From positions 1-58,980 of the IMG/VR virus record IMGVR_UViG_3300046804_001768: a DNA stretch of 58,980 bases; one strand, 5' to 3'. Below the pieces are notes generated by a model. That model was not told where the DNA came from, did no database searches, and saw only the letters and a program-made list of their open reading frames with translations. A program made the translations under genes and the position numbers. Source of the DNA: a virus (taxonomy: Duplodnaviria > Caudoviricetes). This document shows positions 20,401 through 29,243 of the stretch, piece by piece; within the stretch, counting starts at the first letter, position 1; each line of letters opens with the position of its first letter.

Positions 20401-20794
20401 AAAATACACCACTGATTGGTGTATCCGTATCATTAGGGTCAGGTTGAATTGCCGAATCTACTCGAATCGTTTTCTTGACCGAAAGTGCTCCATTTCTTTC
20501 GGTAAGTTTTAATCCGCCAAGATAAATGGTGGACCCAGAGAGATAGAGGTCACGGAATTGATTGGTTGCACTTCCCAAGTCATAGATTTCATTTGCGGTA
20601 GGAACGATATGTCCAGAGGCACTAATAACACCGGTATTGACCACTTGCCCTTCAAGATGGGCGAGAGTTTGAGCAGAACTCGATACTGTCCCCGTAGGTA
20701 ATGACCCGGTGACTTGACTAGAAAAATTGGTAATCGCAGTAACGGGAATACTTCCCGATTGAATTAACAGACCTGATAATCTGGTTTCAGCCAC
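17405..20794 (-). CDS. Tail fibre with GTS/GPT collagen-like region and C-terminal peptidase S74 chaperone
   Basis: YDLGS..FRDLYLS motif, Gly-X-Y repeats, four IFYD..DTGYY.DP repeats, and SDERLK...GLSAQEV...[20 protein letters not shown] start with a GGAG RBS. Confidence 0.85.
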   Translation of the reverse strand: MAETRLSGLLIQSGSIPVTAITNFSSQVTGSLPTGTVSSSAQTLAHLEGQVVNTGVISASGHIVPTANEIYDLGSATNQFRDLYLSGSTIYLGGLKLTERNGALSVKKTIRVDSAIQPDPNDTDTPISGVFSGSFSGSGANLSGVVYNRLAAVPQNIVSHSAQVKAFLPEGSVSHSSQVQLNSLSGNTFAASDYTFPQNLTVGGRIIAEEYHTEFVSSSIIYKSGSTQFGNSADDTHTFTGGVTASAGFFGTASYATTANFALTPSGTSGTAGTSGANGSSGSSGSSGSSGSSGSSGTSGSAGTSGAQGTSGTSGTRGTSGTSGIDGTSGSSGTSGSAGTSGAQGTSGTSGTRGTSGTSGIDGTSGTSGTRGTSGTSGATGATGPTGASGTSGTSGATGPTGPTGSTGPTGATGPQGATGPTGPSGTSGTSGAAGATGPTGPQGATGPTGATGSPGPTGPTGPTGATGPTGATGPTGPTGPAGPAALPQNPVGTTYGSGQSGTPPYMLSQTVGDNDGWRIYGEAPSSNNVRMVFELVDDIETAYQDQWVFRNKRTYTDYAATSPFYISGDGNSYSAASSRAPIFYDSGDTGYYVDGNNGSNLKYLQLTGAWGSSPYASGHETLTIRSSYASICQRSTVGAQAYVLHHIDDKWSLYIGRGATDGSSWDWAMQAYPTQDGSYVNFRTSARAPLFYDYNDTGYYIDPNSTTYLYNLILAGGGYFRPSNWIQFDGNYGLYWPNNYGAHLYPNNGSTYTQLRINGSKNGYSGMWADHSGVNFGMYDSSGNGGVYREGNGLWYFYYYVGNGCMGIGTSSTNSSYGVYVVKGGYFDGRVDGTIFYDANNTGYYTDPNGTSNVNALQAYSYQGNGNVGGTGAASWHPSGIYSAGHNWLYGGINGGGASGTNFGDLRATIFYDYNDTGFYVDPNSTSRIVNIRVDGGRYYIDGGATGEDGGNSGQICFTSGGGMTIGSIQTTFVTGFAGSGYPDHRGEGMTLTYNKNLNVVQAVNSYYSDERLKRKTGTLDGALNVVKTWVPFRYMDNDVANSFGFASSEEQIGLSAQEVQATFPQLVKLAPFDIGTDFSDEQNPRQFSKSGENYLTLDYNRLVPVLVQAIKEQQAKIEELESRINNL
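19698..19915. repeat. 108-bp tandem duplication within the Gly-Thr-Ser region
   Basis: Near-identical units start at 19698 and 19806 (ccggatgtaccatctattccagatgtgcc...). Confidence 0.85.
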
Positions 20795-20863
20795 AATAAC
20801 AACTCCATATCATAGATGGACTACACTATATAAGTAGAAAGTTTACGGGGTAAGTATGTGATT

Positions 20864-21247
20864 TTACTCACCCGACCCCGAAGGAATTGGTGGATTTGGG
20901 TCAACCCATGGTGGAGATACAAGACCACGTGTTGGATGAAGGTCATATGCGATAGACGCACTTAATCCTACCTTTATATTGTTGACTTGTTCTTCGCCCA
21001 TTTGCCCTTCAACCCACGTAGTGACTTGTTCTTTGGTCACATCTGCGAATGGAATGAAGCTTTCTGGGTCTGGTGTACTAAATCCAATCGTTCCGATAGA
21101 AGTCTTGGTAATAGATCCTGTTTCTGATCCCGAAAGATAGGTGGCGTGCATTTGCCAGTGCACAACATTGATGATGTCTTGCATACTGGCAGAATGATAC
21201 GTGATTTCCATTGGATTAAAAGTCCAGTTATACGTAATGTCTGACAT
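20864..21247 (-). CDS. Tail fibre-associated protein (paralog of 16991-17365)
   Basis: MSDITYNWTF...VHW...FIPFADVTKEQVTTWV...PPW, following an S74-type fibre gene. Confidence 0.65.
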   Translation of the reverse strand: MSDITYNWTFNPMEITYHSASMQDIINVVHWQMHATYLSGSETGSITKTSIGTIGFSTPDPESFIPFADVTKEQVTTWVEGQMGEEQVNNIKVGLSASIAYDLHPTRGLVSPPWVDPNPPIPSGSGE

Positions 21248-21259
21248 ACTGCGTACTCC

Positions 21260-24200
21260 TTATGAATTGTGTTTGAGTGTATCGATTTCTGCTTTGAGTT
21301 CTTTGATTGCTTCGACTAAGAGTGGGATAATTGCTCGGTCACGAAGACTGAGTTTTCCATCTTCGTTTTCTCTTACAATCGTTGGAAGAACTTCACGAAC
21401 TTCTTGTGCGATAAATCCGATATCATCCGAAATATTGGTCATCTTATAACTGTCCGTATCTTCCTTCCACTTGAATGTGACACCACGAAGTTTTTGCACA
21501 GTGTCTAATGCATTGGTAAGCTGATGGATATCATGCTTGTATCGAATATCTGACGGTGTTCCGTAGGCTACTACGTCAGCGGATACAGTAAGCGTACCTG
21601 CTCCAGTGATTGCAAAAGTTCTTGTACCACTAGCATTTAATCCACTGTATGTAAAATATGCATTATTACTGACTTGTGCACCAAATCCGTTATACCCCGT
21701 TACATATGAAGAAACTGCAGCGGAGTCAATCGCTGAACCGACATAAAATGTTCCTACATATGTGATTGCTGCACGTTGGGCATTTGACCCTGCATTATAC
21801 GTGTAGAATGAAATATCACCAGATTCTGCTGCGGCTGTACTTGAAACAATACGTGAATAAATTCCTGCATAGTTAATCTTTGTACCTGATGCATTTTGTT
21901 GTGCAAATACGATACCCGAAAGATTGGATGCGGTACTCTGTGTACGATATACGGATAGTATGTCCGATGTACCGGTGTTTGCTACCGTTAGTCGTTCTAC
22001 AGGACTCGTCGTGCCGATGCCAACGTTGCCGGAGCTATTACCGTATAACCACGTTACAGTTCCACCGTAACCAGTATTATTAAAGTTTAATCCATTTGCA
22101 TTAACTTCAAATTGCTGACTACTTGCACGCGTTCTTACCGTCCAATTGGTACCCGTGCCGGCGGTATGACCCATGTAAAGATAGTTAGACCCTACTATAC
22201 CCACATCACCGTTCGTATCCAACTTGTAATATGGACTTGTCTGTGCGATACCGACGTTGCCGCCAGAGGTAATAACTATATTGTTTGTTGTTCCTCCATT
22301 GACACGGAACACAAACCCGCAACCCGTTGCGGCCATAAAATACATTCCATCATTAGCATTTGACGCCGCAAGTATTCGGTTGCCTCCATCGCTTGTTGAA
22401 TTAAAACCAACGACTTTATACGGGCTTCCGTATGTAGAATCGTCACCTAAAATAATACCGTTTGCGTTGGTGTTGCCGTTTACATCTAGCCTATATCCCG
22501 GACTCGTCGTGCCGATGCCGACGTTGCCGGAAGTGTTGATACTTACGTGTGTTGTCCACCCAAAAGTTCCTGTACCTGCGGCGGCATATGCAAAATCCAT
22601 TCTATTATTAATACCAAATGTAATTCTCCATGACGTATCGTTGGCGATTTTGGTATACGCACTATTAAACGCATTATAGTTATATCCTATTTCTGGATAA
22701 CCACTGGCATACGTTCCCACGAAAAATCTACCAGGTAACAATACTGCTCGACCGTCAAATGTAGTTGGGTCTGCATATATCATATATGAGTTTGCAGAAC
22801 CTGCTATTTCTAATTTACCATTACTTGGACTCGTCGTGCCAATGCCGACGTTACCCGAACCTTTAATTCTCATCAATTCACTACGCGAAGATGCACCGGT
22901 TCCCGCAAAGAACACATGGTCATCACCGGTTGTATAAGTGGAATATACTAATGTGGCTGATTCAACACCAAACCCATAAAATTGATAATTGTTATTTGCT
23001 CCTTCATACAATACTATTTTTCTAGTAGCTGTGGAAGTAGCAAATTGTAACGGAGCATTTGGACTCGTCGTACCGATGCCGACGTTACCTGAACTGTTGA
23101 TGTATACATAAGTCGTACTACCATTTCTATTACGGAAATAGTGTTGTGAGTTATAGTAATAATTGCTTGAGTCGGTAGTATTACCTAAGTAAATTGACCC
23201 AGTGCCGGATGGTTCGTATATTTGATTATAGTTTCCTGATTTTACTGCGAACGGGAATCCCGATAATCCAATAGTTCCACTAACATCTAATGTATAGGAT
23301 GGACTCGTCGTGCCGATGCCGACGTTGCCAGCGCTGGTAATACGCATTCTGGTGGTATTACTTGTACCTAAATCTAAATATCCTGCACTCAATTGATAGA
23401 GTTGAGTCCCATCGGTTAATCCACGAAGTTCGGTTGCAAATACTGCCGAATCTAATCGTAATGTTGATGTAGCACTTGACTGTTGGATTTCCAATCCACT
23501 TCCTGCTGTGAACGCCGGTGTGGCACCAATACCTACACTTTGTCCACTCGCAGGAGATAATACGATGTGACCACTTCCCGTTTCATTTGCGATGGTCAAG
23601 TTATCACTAGTTGCTCCACCATATCCAATATATGCCTTACGTCCGGCTCCCAATCCATCTGGATAAAATCCTGCGTATACGTGGTCAGTACCAATCAAAT
23701 TCAATACTTGTGCATTACTTGAAACGGATAATGTGCTTCCATTAAACGTTAGTCCAGATTCCCCTTGTAGTGTGTTAGTTGTACCCGTTGCGGTTACCAC
23801 ATAGTTGTCAACGTTACTATTGATGGTGACGGACGCGGAAGTACCGGAAGTACCAGAACTACCATTTGCCCCAGCTGTTCCTGAGGTACCACTGCTACCA
23901 TTTGCCCCAGAGGTACCTGAGCTACCGTTTGCTCCCGAGGTTCCTGAACTTCCGCTAGTTCCAGATGAACCCGATGTTCCACTAGTACCTTGTGCGCCAG
24001 ATGTACCTGAGGAACCAGATGTTCCAGACGATCCTGACGTTCCTGACGAACCAGAAGAACCGGATGTTCCGGAATTACCTGAGGTTCCAGACGAACCACT
24101 ACTTCCAGAACTACCTGATGACCCCGATGTACCACTTTCACCAGAAGTTCCACTTGAGCCGGAAGAACCCGACGATCCTGATGTTCCAGAACTACCTGAC

Positions 24201-24751
24201 GTGCCACTTACTCCACTCGTCCCGGAAGTACCAGTTGTACCACTTGTTCCAGAGCTTCCCGATGTACCATTAACTCCAGACGTGCCACTAGTACCCGATG
24301 GTGTTAATGCAAATCCAGCTGTAGTTGCATAACTTGCACTTGCAATAATACCAAAAAACGACCCACTAAATGAACCGGTGACATTTTCGGTTGCATTTAC
24401 GAGGGCCGTAACAACGATGATTGATTCTGTGGGTGGTGCGGAAACGAAAACAACAGTACTACCCGAAATCGTGTAGTCTGTGGATGCATTAAAACTTAAA
24501 CCACCAACTGTAACAAATAGGGAATTAATATTATAGTTGGCATTTAAATTGAAATTCGTTTGTACCCCACTACCAGTAAAGTAGTAGGTATCAACGTCAA
24601 CGGTAGAATTTGCGGTTGGAAGATTGGTAAGTTGACTACCATCACCTTTGAAATATGATGCTGTAACCGACCCGTTGATACTCGCTGAACCAGAAATTGT
24701 TGTACTGCCAGAAACTATCAGTCCCTTTCTGGCTACGAATTCATTTGCCAT
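21260..24751 (-). CDS. Tail fibre with GTS/GSS repeats, GNVGIGTTSP modules and C-terminal peptidase S74 chaperone
   Basis: MANEFVARKGL N-terminus, six GNVGI(G/A)xTSP repeats, and SDIRYK...GFIAQEV...LLVEAIKEL. Confidence 0.85.
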   Translation of the reverse strand: MANEFVARKGLIVSGSTTISGSASINGSVTASYFKGDGSQLTNLPTANSTVDVDTYYFTGSGVQTNFNLNANYNINSLFVTVGGLSFNASTDYTISGSTVVFVSAPPTESIIVVTALVNATENVTGSFSGSFFGIIASASYATTAGFALTPSGTSGTSGVNGTSGSSGTSGTTGTSGTSGVSGTSGSSGTSGSSGSSGSSGTSGESGTSGSSGSSGSSGSSGTSGNSGTSGSSGSSGTSGSSGTSGSSGTSGAQGTSGTSGSSGTSGSSGTSGANGSSGTSGANGSSGTSGTAGANGSSGTSGTSASVTINSNVDNYVVTATGTTNTLQGESGLTFNGSTLSVSSNAQVLNLIGTDHVYAGFYPDGLGAGRKAYIGYGGATSDNLTIANETGSGHIVLSPASGQSVGIGATPAFTAGSGLEIQQSSATSTLRLDSAVFATELRGLTDGTQLYQLSAGYLDLGTSNTTRMRITSAGNVGIGTTSPSYTLDVSGTIGLSGFPFAVKSGNYNQIYEPSGTGSIYLGNTTDSSNYYYNSQHYFRNRNGSTTYVYINSSGNVGIGTTSPNAPLQFATSTATRKIVLYEGANNNYQFYGFGVESATLVYSTYTTGDDHVFFAGTGASSRSELMRIKGSGNVGIGTTSPSNGKLEIAGSANSYMIYADPTTFDGRAVLLPGRFFVGTYASGYPEIGYNYNAFNSAYTKIANDTSWRITFGINNRMDFAYAAAGTGTFGWTTHVSINTSGNVGIGTTSPGYRLDVNGNTNANGIILGDDSTYGSPYKVVGFNSTSDGGNRILAASNANDGMYFMAATGCGFVFRVNGGTTNNIVITSGGNVGIAQTSPYYKLDTNGDVGIVGSNYLYMGHTAGTGTNWTVRTRASSQQFEVNANGLNFNNTGYGGTVTWLYGNSSGNVGIGTTSPVERLTVANTGTSDILSVYRTQSTASNLSGIVFAQQNASGTKINYAGIYSRIVSSTAAAESGDISFYTYNAGSNAQRAAITYVGTFYVGSAIDSAAVSSYVTGYNGFGAQVSNNAYFTYSGLNASGTRTFAITGAGTLTVSADVVAYGTPSDIRYKHDIHQLTNALDTVQKLRGVTFKWKEDTDSYKMTNISDDIGFIAQEVREVLPTIVRENEDGKLSLRDRAIIPLLVEAIKELKAEIDTLKHNS
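22002..23329 (-). repeat. Interspersed 29-bp GC-rich direct repeats, consensus GGCAACGTCGGCATCGGCACGACGAGTCC (minus strand)
   Basis: Copies at 22002-22030, 22500-22528, 22827-22855, 23061-23089 and 23301-23329 (0-2 mismatches), plus a degenerate copy at 22233-22261. The sequences between them are unique and in frame. Confidence 0.9.
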
Positions 24752-24813
24752 AATTCCCCTTTTTCATTATCCAAAGGTGATGTGTTTAAGTTGTACGTAA
24801 CCTACTATTATAA

Positions 24814-27114
24814 TTAGAGAGCGCGAACCGCTGTCTTTACAATCCAGTTGTCTGATGCGACGGTTGCTTTCAACCGTGCTGTTGCTGAAAGAATATCTAC
24901 GACAAACACCACATCTGTTGTGTTCCCCAAGTCATTTGTTGAGGTGTCGGTGAATTCTACATTAGAGGTACCTGCTTCCCACACTGCCATCACGGTACCT
25001 GCACGATAACTTGATCCCTTCTTAACTACATAATCGAAGAATGCTGCGTCATAACTACCAGTTTGTACAGTCGCAACTACTTCAGTACCTGTGTCTACAT
25101 CGGCGTTACTACCAGAAGTAAAGAGTACTCCGTGGATAACTGCTCCACCATTTAGTACAAGTTGGTCTGCGGTAGTAGCACCTTGTGAGGTAATGTTAGC
25201 AAGACCAAATGAATATGCGGAACCAAGATTGAGTGGGACACTATTAAAGGTGATTGCACTTGCGGTTACTTGACCACCTACAACTGAGAAGTTTGCGCTG
25301 TTGAATGCTGCGACACCCTTTGTAGTAGTCGTTGCGTCACTACCACTAATCGTGATAGTTTGACCACTGACTGTTGCGGTAAGACCGTTAGTACCATCAA
25401 CAGTTAATGCTTGTGTCTTAAGAGATACAGTACCTGTACCACCATCTGAGCCGGTGATATTAAGGTTTGTGACGATACCAGTAAGGTTACTACCATCACC
25501 AGAGAATGCAGATGCGGTTACTGAACCTGTGACGTATACATTACCTTCTGCGTGTAAAGTGGTTCCTGCAACACGAAGAGGTGAGACTGCGGGTCGTGTA
25601 TCGATGTGGTCATCACCAACTGCTACAGGAATACGACCGGTGATTAATCCAACTTCATCGCCAAGCGAACCAGTGTTTTGTGGACCAGCAATGATAACTG
25701 CGGAATTGTATGCTACGTCATCTGCTTCATAAATCCAACGATTGTTTAAACTATCCCAGAGGAGTGATCCTGTACCATAGGTCGAACCAGAGTCAACTAC
25801 TGAGATTCCAGAGAAACGTACCAAATCATCATCATTGAGGATGATGCGACTTACACCAACAGTATATTGAGAAGATGTAACATATTGGGTAGACATACTG
25901 ACTGCGGTAAGCAATCCGTCAACATTTAAACTACCAGAAATATATACATCCTTTGCAATTCCGACACCGCCTTGTACAATTAATGCACCATCTGTGTAAT
26001 TGGTACTGTTGGTGGTATTACTAATAGTTTGAATACCTGTAAAGGTATTTGAACCTGTAGTTGCAATTGTTGCGATACCCGTAGTGTTACGAACATCAAC
26101 TTGACCAGATGATGATACGGTTCCTGTTGGTAGTAATGCGGTAACTTGTGCACTACTTGATACAACTCCGTTGGTTGAAAGAAGTGAACCAGTAATACCT
26201 TCGGTTACCTTCAATGAACCCGTAACTTGTACACCACCGTCATTGACGATAAACTTTTGTGTCCAAGTAGTTCCGTTAAATGATGCTACGTGGAAGTTTG
26301 CATTTGCATTATTTCTGTTGTCGTATACGAATTCTGCTGAACCAATTTGTTGTGAAGAACCGGCAGCGTTACCACCCCACATTTGATAGTATGCACCTAA
26401 GATATTACTACCATCAAAGAACCCAAACAGTGTATTGGCGGTGTTACTTGGTATACGAATTTGTCCGTTTGACCCAAGTGCAATATTTCCGCTTATAATT
26501 TGGTCGGCGGTGAATGTATTTGAACCCGTGGTTGCGATGGTTGCAATACCAGTAGTTTGGCGAACATCGGTTTGGATAGAACTACTGAATACTCCATCGG
26601 TATTAAGTTTTGACTTAACACCGCCAGTAAAGTGTGCAGATGATGTATCTAGTGTTAAAGTGCGGGTAGCGGTAATATCACCACCGCCACTTAAACCGCT
26701 TCCTGCGGTTATGGATACTGTACTGTGGTCAATGTGTTGGTTTGCTACATAATTGGTTGTAGCGTTGTGGTCAACTTGAGATGAAGCGGAAACTGTACCG
26801 GTTGGGATACCGATAGTTACAGTATTATTAGTAACAACCGTAGTAACCCCGTTAGACCCCAATAAGCTTAGGGAATCAGTAAGGAGACTGACGACATCGG
26901 TACCTGTTGACCCGGTAATACGAAGTTCAGAAACAAGCCCCGTAAGTTGTGACCCATCACCCTTGAATGAGCCGGTAAACGAACCAGTTGCACCTGCCGA
27001 CGCGGTGACCGGTCCACTAAAGATACTATCACCTGATACGCCGAGCGAACCAGTTATCTTTGCACCGTTATTAAGGACTATTAGACCTTTACGGGCAATA
27101 AATTCATTTGCCAT
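24814..27114 (-). CDS. Ser/Thr/Gly-rich virion fibre/decoration protein
   Basis: Its MANEFIARKGL N-terminus is shared with 21260-24751, and its C-terminal FFDYVVK..RAGTVMAVW..FTDTST.DLG domain is shared with 27161-27760. Confidence 0.75.
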   Translation of the reverse strand: MANEFIARKGLIVLNNGAKITGSLGVSGDSIFSGPVTASAGATGSFTGSFKGDGSQLTGLVSELRITGSTGTDVVSLLTDSLSLLGSNGVTTVVTNNTVTIGIPTGTVSASSQVDHNATTNYVANQHIDHSTVSITAGSGLSGGGDITATRTLTLDTSSAHFTGGVKSKLNTDGVFSSSIQTDVRQTTGIATIATTGSNTFTADQIISGNIALGSNGQIRIPSNTANTLFGFFDGSNILGAYYQMWGGNAAGSSQQIGSAEFVYDNRNNANANFHVASFNGTTWTQKFIVNDGGVQVTGSLKVTEGITGSLLSTNGVVSSSAQVTALLPTGTVSSSGQVDVRNTTGIATIATTGSNTFTGIQTISNTTNSTNYTDGALIVQGGVGIAKDVYISGSLNVDGLLTAVSMSTQYVTSSQYTVGVSRIILNDDDLVRFSGISVVDSGSTYGTGSLLWDSLNNRWIYEADDVAYNSAVIIAGPQNTGSLGDEVGLITGRIPVAVGDDHIDTRPAVSPLRVAGTTLHAEGNVYVTGSVTASAFSGDGSNLTGIVTNLNITGSDGGTGTVSLKTQALTVDGTNGLTATVSGQTITISGSDATTTTKGVAAFNSANFSVVGGQVTASAITFNSVPLNLGSAYSFGLANITSQGATTADQLVLNGGAVIHGVLFTSGSNADVDTGTEVVATVQTGSYDAAFFDYVVKKGSSYRAGTVMAVWEAGTSNVEFTDTSTNDLGNTTDVVFVVDILSATARLKATVASDNWIVKTAVRAL

Positions 27115-27140
27115 ACATTTCTCCCAACGGGGTTATTGTA

Positions 27141-27148
27141 TATAAATA
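27141..27148 (-). promoter_or_regulatory. Putative late promoter motif TATTTATA
   Basis: About 27 bp upstream of the 766-aa fibre gene. Confidence 0.6.
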
Positions 27149-27160
27149 TTAAATACTTTT

Positions 27161-27760
27161 TTAAGGATTCAAATTCGGGAACAATTTAAATAAACTTTGT
27201 ACTGTCCATGCCCCACTTCCTGACCCGCTACTATTCACCCGTAGTTTGAATACACTTCCAGATTGAATAAAGGTAAATGAAATGTCCTTTGTATCCCCAA
27301 TATCCGCGGTAGATACATCCGTAAAGACAATACTACTTCCAGACCAGGTAGCCATAATCATGCCGATTCTGGTTGCTCCTGGACGTTGTGCGACATATTC
27401 TATGGTCGTACCTGCATATTGGGTGGTCGAGATATATGGATATACATCTTCGGTAGCCCCAAAAATACCACTATTAATAGACCCCGTAAAGGTCATTGAT
27501 ACGGTACCAGCATCTAATTTAAATTCACTAGATTCAACCGACCGTGGTTGAATATCGGTGTTATAGATTAGACCAACAACTTGTGCACTACTAGATACGA
27601 AATTCGTGGTATCATTAAGCGAAACGATTACTGACCCACTCTTTGTATATAGTTTTCCATCAGAGATGTTGACCGCAAGTTCACCATCATACATGGCACT
27701 AGCGGTCGGAACTGCTCCGTATTGACTATTGTATAAAGGTATAAAACGATTTGCTGGCAT
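27161..27760 (-). CDS. Virion fibre-associated protein
   Basis: N-terminal VPTAS..DGELAVNISDGKLY fibre motif; the C-terminal domain is paralogous to the end of the 766-aa gene. Confidence 0.65.
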   Translation of the reverse strand: MPANRFIPLYNSQYGAVPTASAMYDGELAVNISDGKLYTKSGSVIVSLNDTTNFVSSSAQVVGLIYNTDIQPRSVESSEFKLDAGTVSMTFTGSINSGIFGATEDVYPYISTTQYAGTTIEYVAQRPGATRIGMIMATWSGSSIVFTDVSTADIGDTKDISFTFIQSGSVFKLRVNSSGSGSGAWTVQSLFKLFPNLNP

Positions 27761-27763
27761 CTT

Positions 27764-28618
27764 TTAAAATCCCACTGATTGTTGAATACGTGTTATGAAA
27801 TTATCTACTACTGTCTTACATTCTGCCGCAGTAACTTGTACTCCAGACGCTTTACTTAATAATGTATTGATTGCTAAGATATTACTAGTATTTGACCCAC
27901 TTGAAAAGAATCGAACCCCACATCCACCTAAACTTACTACATCCGACCCACTAACAATAGTTCCAAATGTAGAATTCCAGTTTGGATGTCCCAATAATAT
28001 AATTACTGTACAATGTGATGGGTCGGTTGCATTATATGTTTGTCTATAAAATGCATGTACGGTAAATCCATTTACAACACTTCCAGTATAAATACTTCCA
28101 GTTGCTAATAGACCACCACCATCTGCTCCAGAGTTACCGCCAACTTGCCAACCCACCGGTCCAGTAGTAGCCCGTGACCCGATTACTGTTAATGGGTGAA
28201 ATGCTGCACTTTGTGTTACTCCATATTGCACATAACCTAAACTAATATAATGAAAATCTCCATCTAAAATAGCACTAGAACTTGCTTGTGTGTAATTACT
28301 TGCCGAAGGATATAATGCTGCAGAATATGCTGAAGTACCTGTATATGACGTTCCTGACCGAAGCGCAGGTGTGGTGATGTTACCACCGTCATACATATCA
28401 AATCCTCCATCAAGAATTTGAAACCCCGTCCCATCTAATCGATATGTGTAGAAACTTGGGTTACGAAAATCAGTCATATACCCACGAAGATACACAGCGA
28501 TGTCTTGTAGTTGTTGAAATGGAAAGCCTCTTCCTTGTAACGAAAATCTACCACTATTATTCTGGTTTGACAAAGAAAAACCACCTGCATTGTTTATATT
28601 TGATAGTGTTAGTGGCAT
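27764..28618 (-). CDS. Hypothetical protein, probably virion-associated
   Basis: Gly/Ser/Thr-rich ORF within the fibre cluster; likely start MPLTLSN. Confidence 0.55.
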   Translation of the reverse strand: MPLTLSNINNAGGFSLSNQNNSGRFSLQGRGFPFQQLQDIAVYLRGYMTDFRNPSFYTYRLDGTGFQILDGGFDMYDGGNITTPALRSGTSYTGTSAYSAALYPSASNYTQASSSAILDGDFHYISLGYVQYGVTQSAAFHPLTVIGSRATTGPVGWQVGGNSGADGGGLLATGSIYTGSVVNGFTVHAFYRQTYNATDPSHCTVIILLGHPNWNSTFGTIVSGSDVVSLGGCGVRFFSSGSNTSNILAINTLLSKASGVQVTAAECKTVVDNFITRIQQSVGF

Positions 28619-28632
28619 ATTATATTTTACTC

Positions 28633-29241
28633 TTACCAAGATTTTGTTGACGTTCCTATGAATTGAAATATTGGTGCTGCATTAGCCCACGATACCCACG
28701 TATCATATGGCGCAGCACAATCGTACCAAGAGTTCGGATATTGTGTTGTTCCTCCAGTACGGTTAGTCGATGAAACCGACCCAACATATGTTGTTACTGA
28801 GTTTGCGGTAGTTGGTGCTTTTCTTACAAAATAACGTCTAGTTCCTTGTACTAAAGTTGGACTATTTGCTAAACTTGTATATGTACCCTTTGCTGCGGTT
28901 GAAGTTAGTACCGTGAATGTTCCATTGGTATTAAACAATCTAGCGGAAAACCCAATAATATATTCTCCTGCCGGGGATGTCACAGACCCCGATGGAAGCA
29001 AGTGTGCACAGGTACCCGTCCATGCAGCCGAAGATTCATTTGCTTGTGCTTCGGTCATGCCACGAGTAACAACCCCGGTTACTGTAGCCTTTACGTTTGC
29101 ATATTCTGCTGATGTCACTTCTACCCAGTTTCCGACAGTAGCCGCATCGTATGCCGACCCAGACGTACTTAATGCTGCTCGAATTGCATCAGCTACCGCG
29201 GGTTGAGTTATTCTAAAACCACTTGAAAACGTTATACTCAT
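28633..29241 (-). CDS. Hypothetical protein, probably virion-associated
   Basis: 202-aa Thr/Ala-rich ORF within the fibre cluster. Confidence 0.55.
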   Translation of the reverse strand: MSITFSSGFRITQPAVADAIRAALSTSGSAYDAATVGNWVEVTSAEYANVKATVTGVVTRGMTEAQANESSAAWTGTCAHLLPSGSVTSPAGEYIIGFSARLFNTNGTFTVLTSTAAKGTYTSLANSPTLVQGTRRYFVRKAPTTANSVTTYVGSVSSTNRTGGTTQYPNSWYDCAAPYDTWVSWANAAPIFQFIGTSTKSW

Positions 29242-29243
29242 AG

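Noticed and set aside
22002-23329. 29-bp repeats as a CRISPR array
   Set aside because: The spacers are about 200-300 bp, variable in length and in frame within a coding gene. There is no leader and no cas gene.
17405-24751. Diversity-generating retroelement or invertible shufflon acting on the fibres
   Set aside because: No reverse transcriptase, TR/VR pair with adenine-specific mismatches, or invertase is seen in the window, and the repeats are direct rather than inverted.
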